Below the pieces are notes generated by a model. It made no database searches and had not been told where the DNA came from. It worked only from the letters and a program-made list of their open reading frames with translations. DNA of 38,929 nucleotides from Candidatus Eiseniibacteriota bacterium (lineage in GTDB: Bacteria > ARS69): the NCBI GenBank assembly GCA_052390515.1, contig JBQTGV010000150.1:1-38929 (forward strand), written 5' to 3'. This document shows, piece by piece, positions 32,409-38,929 of this stretch (its first letter is position 1; every line of letters starts with the position of its first letter). The translations under genes were made by a program, and so were the position numbers.

Positions 32409-33429
32409 CCTCGGCGAGGAGGCGCCGCACCTCTTCCACGACCGGATCCGGAGCGAGCGCTCGCAGCTCCGGCGCGTCGTGCTCGACCGCCCTCACCGTC
32501 CGGTGCGGGCCGACCGGCGGCGTCCAGTCCCTCGGATCGGTCGTGCCGAAGACTCCCACGGTCGGCACGTCCTGCACGACCGCGAGGTGTCGGCCCAGAC
32601 AGTCCGGCAGCACGGCCGCGGCCGCCCGGCCGATCAGCGCGGCCATCTGCCGCAGACGGCTCGGAGGCGCGAGGCGTCCCTCCGATCCGAGGGCGTCGGC
32701 GATCGCCTGCGCGTCGTTTCGCTCGGGAGGACCCCACACCACCAGCGTCGGCCAGCCGAGCCGGGCGGCCATCTCGCGGCCCGCGGCTACGTAGCCGGCG
32801 ACCGTCCAACGCTTCGATTCCCACGAGCCGCCCGGCAAGACGATGCCGAACCGGGATCCCGCCGCGTAGCCGAGCGCGTGGAGCGCCTCGCCCGCGAAGG
32901 TCACATCGCCGTCGCCGAGCCGCAGGCACGCGCGCGCCTCTCCGGTCCAGCGAACGCCGGCCGCGCGAAGGAAGTCGCGTTGCACGTCCTGCGCGTAGCG
33001 GTGATCGTCCTCGGGGCGTCCACGGAAGCGGGGCACGCGGACGTTGTAGGCGATTCGTCGCGGCCCCCGGTCCAGCCCGACACGGAACGGCGCCCCGGAC
33101 AGCGCGGTGATCAGCGCGGTGCGAGGGTTGCTGAACAGATCCAGCACGACCTGCGGCCGCGCGCTCCGGATCCAGGGAATCGCGTCGGCGATCCCGCCGG
33201 AAGGGGCACGCGCGTCCGCGCGGCGCGGTCCGAGCAGGAAGATGCGGTCGAGTCGCGGGTCGGCCTCCAGCAGGTCTCTTGCGGAGTGCTCCGCCAGGTA
33301 GTCGACGGCGACTCCCGGCCACGCGAGTCCGACCGCTTCCGTGACCACCGTGGACAGCACGATGTCGCCGAGGCCGCGCGGTCGGATCAGCAGCACGCGC
33401 GCGGGGCGAAAGGAAGGCGGTAGCATCAT
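32383..33429 (-). CDS. Glycosyltransferase family 9 (heptosyltransferase-like)
   Basis: IRPRGLGDIVL, PGGSWESKRW, WGPPE, DCLGRHLA, VFGTTDPRDW. Confidence 0.9.
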   Translation of the reverse strand: MMLPPSFRPARVLLIRPRGLGDIVLSTVVTEAVGLAWPGVAVDYLAEHSARDLLEADPRLDRIFLLGPRRADARAPSGGIADAIPWIRSARPQVVLDLFSNPRTALITALSGAPFRVGLDRGPRRIAYNVRVPRFRGRPEDDHRYAQDVQRDFLRAAGVRWTGEARACLRLGDGDVTFAGEALHALGYAAGSRFGIVLPGGSWESKRWTVAGYVAAGREMAARLGWPTLVVWGPPERNDAQAIADALGSEGRLAPPSRLRQMAALIGRAAAAVLPDCLGRHLAVVQDVPTVGVFGTTDPRDWTPPVGPHRTVRAVEHDAPELRALAPDPVVEEVRRLLAEVDSARART

Positions 33430-33442
33430 CGCACCGGTTCCC

Positions 33443-34600
33443 TCAGGCCGCCGTCCGATCCGGAACGGCGATGTTCGCCGCCGCGACCGCAGTGCCGAAC
33501 AGGAAGAAGACCAGCGCGAGGATTTCGGAGTCGCCGAAGTTCCACTCCACGAGACCGGCGCCGAGGAACGCGGCGAGCCCCGCGGTGGTGCCGTCCACGA
33601 CGGCTCTCAGGAAGGCGTCCTCCCCCACCGAGCGCCGCGCCCTGGCCAGCGCGCGGAACATCGCGAAGATCAGCCAGCCGAACGCGAGAAGACCCGGAAC
33701 GCCGGTCGACGCCGCGACCTGCACGGGCACCGACTGCATGTGGCCGCGTGCCGGGTCCTCCGGTCCGCGTACGTCGTCGTAGTCGGCACGGAGGTCCTGG
33801 AGGCCCGACCCCGTGAACGGATCCCGCGCGAACAGCCGCCAGCCGTTCTCCCACACCCGGAAGCGCTCCCGGTTGGCGGGGCTTGCGGGATCGAGCAGGC
33901 TCCGTGCTCCGTCCTGCACGATCGAGGGCACGAGCGCGAGCGCCACGAACACGGCGGGAACGGCGGCTGCGCGCCACGGCCGCTTGGAGCGGAGCGCGAG
34001 GAACAGGAACCCCGCGGCGGTGCCCAGCCAGGCGCCCGGGAGCTGCCCGAGCAGCTGCACCGCCAGGATCGACACGGCCGCGATGCCTGCCCCGATCCGG
34101 TACGAGGGGGCGATCGTCGGGCAGCCGGCCAGCAGCAACGCGGGGAACGTGCACAGCAGCAGGAGTCCCGAGTTCGTCAGGTAGAAACCATGGAATCCGT
34201 CGATGCGCACGGACAGCTCGGGGCCGCCGTGCAGGAAGAAGGTCAGCACGCCGTAGAGCGACGTCGCGCCCGCGCCGAAGAGCAGCCCCATGTAGAGTCG
34301 TCCGAGGCTCCAGCGTCGGTCGACCACCGCGGGTGCCCACCAGGCCATCGCGAAGAGGAGGATCTTGTTCGTCTTGGCGAAGCTCTCCGCCGGGGCCGTG
34401 GCGAAGACGGTGGCGAGCAGCGCGGCGAGCGTCCAGGCCAGCACCGGCCACTCGATCCCGGTGCGGCGCCAGCGGATCCTCCGGCCGCGGTCGCCGGCGG
34501 CGACCAGCGCGCCGGCGGCCATGACCGCGTGGCTCGCGCTGATGGAGATCGTCCCGCACAGCGAGTAGAGAACCAGCAGGTATTCGGGAAATCGCCTCAT
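33443..34600 (-). CDS. O-antigen ligase (WaaL-like)
   Basis: Start MRRFPEY with ATGA overlap; multi-TM; RIDGF, ERFRVW..DPFTGSG, HMQSVPVQVAASTGVPG; LPS-core context. Confidence 0.8.
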   Translation of the reverse strand: MRRFPEYLLVLYSLCGTISISASHAVMAAGALVAAGDRGRRIRWRRTGIEWPVLAWTLAALLATVFATAPAESFAKTNKILLFAMAWWAPAVVDRRWSLGRLYMGLLFGAGATSLYGVLTFFLHGGPELSVRIDGFHGFYLTNSGLLLLCTFPALLLAGCPTIAPSYRIGAGIAAVSILAVQLLGQLPGAWLGTAAGFLFLALRSKRPWRAAAVPAVFVALALVPSIVQDGARSLLDPASPANRERFRVWENGWRLFARDPFTGSGLQDLRADYDDVRGPEDPARGHMQSVPVQVAASTGVPGLLAFGWLIFAMFRALARARRSVGEDAFLRAVVDGTTAGLAAFLGAGLVEWNFGDSEILALVFFLFGTAVAAANIAVPDRTAA

Positions 34601-35682
34601 GACCTGCTCCCGCGGCGCAGCGTCTCGTACAGCTCCTCGGTGCGCGACACGGTGGCGGAAACGTCGAAATGGGCGAAGACCCGCTCCCTCGCGCGCGCGC
34701 CGAGTGCTCGCGCAGCATCGGGATCCGCGAGCGCCCGGGCAAGCGCTTTCGCGAGGGCGTCCACATCGCCCGGGGGAACGAGCCAGCCGCAGCCCTCCGC
34801 GAGCGCCTCGGCGTTGCCGCCCGCGTCGGTGGCGATGCAAGGGAGGCCCCGGGCCATCGCCTCGAGCAGCGCCAGGGAGAACCCTTCGATTTCGGAGGGC
34901 AGGACGAACACGTCGAAGAGCGCCGAGAGGGGGACGACGTCGGCGCGGAATCCCAGGCACAGGGTGCGCACCTCGGGCGCCGCCCCGGCGGCCAGGGCGA
35001 GGAGCTCGGCATCCTCTTCGACCCCGACGAGCAGGAGCTCGATGGGCCGCCCGAGACTGCGCGCGGCGCGGATCAGATCTCCCTGGGACTTGCGCCGGGC
35101 GACCACGCCCACCACCGGCACCCCCGCACGCAGCGCGAGATCGCGGCGAAGCGCTTGCACGCGCGCGGGATCGGCTGCCTCGAGCTCGCCGAGGGGAAGG
35201 CCGTTGCGGATCACGTGCACGCGCCCGCTCGGAAGGCCGCGGCGCCGCAGGTCGTCCGCCACCCGCTGGGACACGGCGATGACGGCGTCGGTGGTGGCGG
35301 CATCGAAGCGGGCGCGGAGCCACCCGCCCGACGAGAGCACGACGTTGCGCCGGGTGTGCACCACGGCGGCACGGGTGCCCAGCAGCCGCATGTACGAGGC
35401 GAGGTGACGGTCGAGGGATGCCTGGGCGTTGACCACGTCGATCGCGTGGCGCGCCATCCACCCCCGCCAGCGCACGCTCTCGGCGAGGAGACCCGCCCCC
35501 CGCGGCAGTCGCGCGGGCACGACCCGCACCGGACCCGAAGCGAACCGCCGGGCGATCAGGCTCTCCGGACGGCAGGCCAGCCACACTTCGTGACCCCGCT
35601 CGGCCAGCCCGCGCGAGAGCCACGTGATCGAGTTCGTCGACCCGCCCTCGTCCCCCTGGTGCGTCATGTGCAGGACTCTCAC
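34597..35682 (-). CDS. Glycosyltransferase family 4
   Basis: GTG start [40 protein letters not shown]. Confidence 0.9.
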   Translation of the reverse strand: MRVLHMTHQGDEGGSTNSITWLSRGLAERGHEVWLACRPESLIARRFASGPVRVVPARLPRGAGLLAESVRWRGWMARHAIDVVNAQASLDRHLASYMRLLGTRAAVVHTRRNVVLSSGGWLRARFDAATTDAVIAVSQRVADDLRRRGLPSGRVHVIRNGLPLGELEAADPARVQALRRDLALRAGVPVVGVVARRKSQGDLIRAARSLGRPIELLLVGVEEDAELLALAAGAAPEVRTLCLGFRADVVPLSALFDVFVLPSEIEGFSLALLEAMARGLPCIATDAGGNAEALAEGCGWLVPPGDVDALAKALARALADPDAARALGARARERVFAHFDVSATVSRTEELYETLRRGSRS

Positions 35683-36176
35683 GCGGGCTCCGCGCGGGAC
35701 CTCAGGATCGCCTCGAGGAGGCTCGACGACGAGTGGTCCTTCGGATCGCCCACGATCACCGTGCGCCCGCCGAGGGACCGGGTCGTCTCGCGTTCGGGGA
35801 CGGTGTCGGGCGTGTAGTCCGTCCCCTTGGCGTGCACGTCGGGGCGAAGGGTCAGGAGCACCCGCACCACGTCGACGTCGTCGAACACGACGACCCGATC
35901 GACGCACTCCATCGCCGCGAGGATCTCGGCGCGGTCCGCGGCCGGCTGGAACGGGCGGCCCGGACCCTTGAGGGCGCGCACCGACGCGTCGCCGTTCACC
36001 GCCACGACCAGCAGGTCGCCCTCCCGTCGTGCGCCCTGGAGGTAGCGCACGTGCCCGACGTGCAGCAGGTCGAAGACGCCGTTGGCCAGCACGACACGGC
36101 ACCCCGTGGCACGCAGCGGTCTCAGTTCCTCGACCAGCCGGTCAAGGGCGCACAGCTTTGCGGACGATTCCGGCAA
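35679..36176 (-). CDS. rfaE2: D-glycero-beta-D-manno-heptose 1-phosphate adenylyltransferase (HldC/RfaE domain II)
   Basis: [48 protein letters not shown]; probable TTG start at 36176. Confidence 0.9.
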   Translation of the reverse strand: MPESSAKLCALDRLVEELRPLRATGCRVVLANGVFDLLHVGHVRYLQGARREGDLLVVAVNGDASVRALKGPGRPFQPAADRAEILAAMECVDRVVVFDDVDVVRVLLTLRPDVHAKGTDYTPDTVPERETTRSLGGRTVIVGDPKDHSSSSLLEAILRSRAEPA

Positions 36177-37167
36177 CTCGCTCGATCTCCTCGGGCGTGG
36201 TGGTGGCCGCCCCGTGCTTCTGCACCACGATTCCGGCCGCGACCGTCGCGAGCCGCGCCGCATCCAGCGGAGTGGCTCCCGCGGCGGTGGCCAGCAACGC
36301 GAGCGCCGCCACGGTGTCGCCGGCGCCGGTCACGTCGGCCGCTTCCGCTTCGCCCCAGATGGGCACCTCGTGGAACGCGCCTCCCCGCTCGGCGATCGCC
36401 ATGCCCGCCTGCCCGCGCGTCACCAGCACGAACCCGGCGTCGAGCGTGGCACGGAGCTGCTCGGCTCCCTCGCGGAGCTCCGTGAAACCGCGCAGGGAGC
36501 GGCCTGCCGCCTCCTCGGCCTCCTGCTCGTTCGGCGTCGCGAAGGTCACGCCGCGGAACGCGCGCAGATCGTAGCGGGAATCGGCGCACACCGGGATCCC
36601 GCGGTGCCGGGCCTGGGCGATGACCCAGTCGCGGAGCCGCGGCGCGACCGTGCCGTACCCGTAGTCGGAGAAGAGCACTGCATCGGCGCGGCGCAGCGCG
36701 TCCGCGGCCACGCGCAGGAGCTCGGCCTCGCCTTCGCCGTCCAGCTCGACCGGATGCTCCTGATCGATGCGCATGACCTGTTGCTTCTGGCCGTGCGCGC
36801 CGCCGGCCATGACCCGCGTCTTGGTGATGGTGGTGCGCCCCGGCTCCCGGCGCACGCCGGACGCGTCGATGCCGCGAGCCTCCAGCTCGGCCAGCACCTC
36901 GCGCGCGACGTCGTCAGCGCCGAGCACGCCGATGGCTGCGGGGACGGCTCCCAGCGCGGCGAGATTCAATACGGCGTTCCCCGCGCCGCCGGGAATCACC
37001 CGCCGACCGACGTGGCGGATGATGAGGACCGGAGCCTCGCGGGACACACGCGAAGTCTCGCCGTAGACGTACTCGTCGGCGATGAGGTCCCCGATCACGA
37101 GGACGCGGAGACCGCCGATGCGCCCGAGGATCGCGCCCAGCCGGTCGCGGTGGTCGTCCAGATTCAT
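36142..37167 (-). CDS. rfaE1: D-glycero-beta-D-manno-heptose-7-phosphate kinase (HldA/RfaE domain I, PfkB family)
   Basis: [57 protein letters not shown]. Confidence 0.92.
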   Translation of the reverse strand: MNLDDHRDRLGAILGRIGGLRVLVIGDLIADEYVYGETSRVSREAPVLIIRHVGRRVIPGGAGNAVLNLAALGAVPAAIGVLGADDVAREVLAELEARGIDASGVRREPGRTTITKTRVMAGGAHGQKQQVMRIDQEHPVELDGEGEAELLRVAADALRRADAVLFSDYGYGTVAPRLRDWVIAQARHRGIPVCADSRYDLRAFRGVTFATPNEQEAEEAAGRSLRGFTELREGAEQLRATLDAGFVLVTRGQAGMAIAERGGAFHEVPIWGEAEAADVTGAGDTVAALALLATAAGATPLDAARLATVAAGIVVQKHGAATTTPEEIERVAGIVRKAVRP

Positions 37168-38141
37168 GCCGCCTCCGCCAGCGACGCGCGCGCGCGCGCC
37201 AGGACCGCGGCCGCGTCGATCCCTTCGAGGCAAGGCGTACCGATCGGGCATCGCCGCAGGAAGCAGGGCGCGCACGCGACCGGCCGGCGCACCACTTCGT
37301 GCCCCGTCCCGAGCGGGCGGGTCCACTCCGGGCTGGTCGAGCCGAAGACCGCGAGGCAGCGCGTGCCGGCCGCGGCAGCGAGGTGCATCGGTCCGGTGTC
37401 GTTCGTGATCAAGAGACTCGCCGACTCTAGGAGCGCCGCGAGCACGCCGATCCGCGTCGATCCGGAAAGGTCGACGACTCCCGGCGCCCGCTCGCGGACG
37501 CGCTCGACCGCCTGGCGATCCGCCGCCGAGCCGATCACGGCGACGTCGTGCCCTTCGGCGAGCAGGGCGGCCCCCGTCTCCCCGAAGCGTTCCGCCGGCC
37601 AGCGCTTCGCCGGCCCGTAGGCCGCACCCGGCTGCAGCACGACCCGCAGCGCAGTGCGGACCGGCCAGCGCTCCCGCGCCTCGCGTGCCCACTCCGGATC
37701 GATCGTCACCGCGGGCGCGTCGGCGGGCGCCGGCTCTCCGACGAGTGCGGCGAGCGCGCGATAATTCTCCACTTGATGCCGCCCCCGGCGATACTGCGCG
37801 CCCGCCAGCCGTCCGGAGAGCAGCACCCCGCGCCCCGAGGTGGCGAAGCCGAACGCCTTCGCGCCGCCCCGGACCGCGCGCCACGCGCTCCCGAACGACG
37901 TCGGCCCGAGCAGGACGAGATCGTAGCCCCCCGTGCGGTAGGCGTCCACCTCGCCTCCCGGCACGAGCTCCCGCGTCTCGTCGACGTACGCCGAGCGCGA
38001 GAAGAGGTCGCCGAGTCCGGGCGGGGCGAGCACGGTCACGCGGGCGGCAGGGTCGCGCCGGCGGATCGCGGGGAGCACCACGGTGGCGAGCACCGCGTCC
38101 CCGAGCCAGTTGGGCGCGCGGAACGCGAGCGAGCGGCTCAC
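37164..38141 (-). CDS. waaF: LPS heptosyltransferase II
   Basis: RAPNWLGDAV, PGAAYGPAKRWP, TNDTGPMHLA, FGSTSP, CAPCFLRRCP..CL. Confidence 0.9.
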   Translation of the reverse strand: MSRSLAFRAPNWLGDAVLATVVLPAIRRRDPAARVTVLAPPGLGDLFSRSAYVDETRELVPGGEVDAYRTGGYDLVLLGPTSFGSAWRAVRGGAKAFGFATSGRGVLLSGRLAGAQYRRGRHQVENYRALAALVGEPAPADAPAVTIDPEWAREARERWPVRTALRVVLQPGAAYGPAKRWPAERFGETGAALLAEGHDVAVIGSAADRQAVERVRERAPGVVDLSGSTRIGVLAALLESASLLITNDTGPMHLAAAAGTRCLAVFGSTSPEWTRPLGTGHEVVRRPVACAPCFLRRCPIGTPCLEGIDAAAVLARARASLAEAA

Positions 38142-38929
38142 GAGCCGAGCACCGGCGCACGCTCGAGCGACGGCGGCATGTCCCCCGCCCCGGCGAGGTG
38201 CGCGGCCCAGGCCAGCGCGCCGTCGCGCACGCGGTCGACGGGCAGCCGGGAGAGATCGCCCTCGGGAGCGCGCAGCACGCGCACCGCCGGAGCGGCCGGG
38301 CACCACAGCGCGGGGTCCGTCGGACCGAACAGCGCGAGGACCGGTACGCCCATCGCCGCGGCGAGGTGCATCACGCCCGTGTCGTTCGCCAGGATGAGGT
38401 CGGCCGCGCCGAACGCGCCGGCGAGCTCACGAAAGCGCAGCGGGCGGAGACGCGGGAGACTCCGGCCCGCGCCGCGCTCCACAGCCGCCAGCAGCGAGAC
38501 CTCCGCCGGGCCGGAACAGACGGCCACGCGGTGTCCGGCCGCGGCGAGCGCCGCCGCCACTTCCCCGAACCGCTCGGCCGGCCAGCGGTTCGGCTTCTTC
38601 CCCGCGCCGGGATGGATCAGCACGCGGATCGCCCCCGGGCCGAGCACGTCTTCGACCGTGCTTCGCCCGGCCAGCTCCTCGTCCGCCCCCACGAAGATCT
38701 CCGGCGCACCGGCGTCGCTCCGTGCGCCGAACGCCGCCACGAGATCCAGGCTTGCCGCGGTCTGGTGCCGCGTCTCGTCGGGCGCGGGCAGGGTCCAGTG
38801 ATAAACGTCGCGGGCGATGTCTGCGCCGCGGCCGCCCGGACCCGGACGTCCGGCGCGGCGCTGCGCTCCGGAGATCGCCGCGAGCCACGCGCTGGTGTAC
38901 GAGAAGGACACCGTGCTCAGCACCAGCGC
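38138..38929 (-). CDS. Glycosyltransferase family 9 (partial; start lies beyond the right edge)
   Basis: HPGAGKKPNRWP, ANDTGVMHLA, LFGPTDPALW. Confidence 0.88.
   Translation of the reverse strand, partial: ALVLSTVSFSYTSAWLAAISGAQRRAGRPGPGGRGADIARDVYHWTLPAPDETRHQTAASLDLVAAFGARSDAGAPEIFVGADEELAGRSTVEDVLGPGAIRVLIHPGAGKKPNRWPAERFGEVAAALAAAGHRVAVCSGPAEVSLLAAVERGAGRSLPRLRPLRFRELAGAFGAADLILANDTGVMHLAAAMGVPVLALFGPTDPALWCPAAPAVRVLRAPEGDLSRLPVDRVRDGALAWAAHLAGAGDMPPSLERAPVLGS

Overview
Very GC-rich (about 70% by eye) Gram-negative bacterial DNA in which every credible gene is on the minus strand. The long plus-strand ORFs are antisense shadows. In transcription order (right to left): (1) an LPS-core/ADP-heptose operon with three GT9 heptosyltransferases including waaF, split hldA/hldC, three GT4s, a WaaL-like ligase, a DUF3108 protein and a deoxyhypusine-synthase-fold protein; (2) after a sigma70-like promoter and a structured leader of about 335 nt, a Wzy-type exopolysaccharide cluster (wza, GumC/Wzc-N, ExeA-like ATPase-SPOR, degenerate BY-kinase, GT-C, Wzy-like protein, GT4s, WcaJ-like priming transferase, Gfo/Idh/MocA oxidoreductase, DegT aminotransferase, radical SAM), followed by a membrane GAF + degenerate HD-GYP protein; (3) a tRNA-Gly(GCC)-Cys(GCA)-Leu(TAA) operon; (4) a CRTAC1/FG-GAP protein with a FlgD-type C-terminal domain, an M16 peptidase pair, a Wzx-like flippase, a beta-helix protein with a FlgD-type C-terminal domain, and a partial ComEC. 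The FlgD-type C-termini and high GC suggest an FCB-superphylum lineage such as Eisenbacteria, Latescibacterota or Krumholzibacteriota (inference). No mobile element or CRISPR array is visible. Family assignments come from motif recognition by eye, not from database searches.
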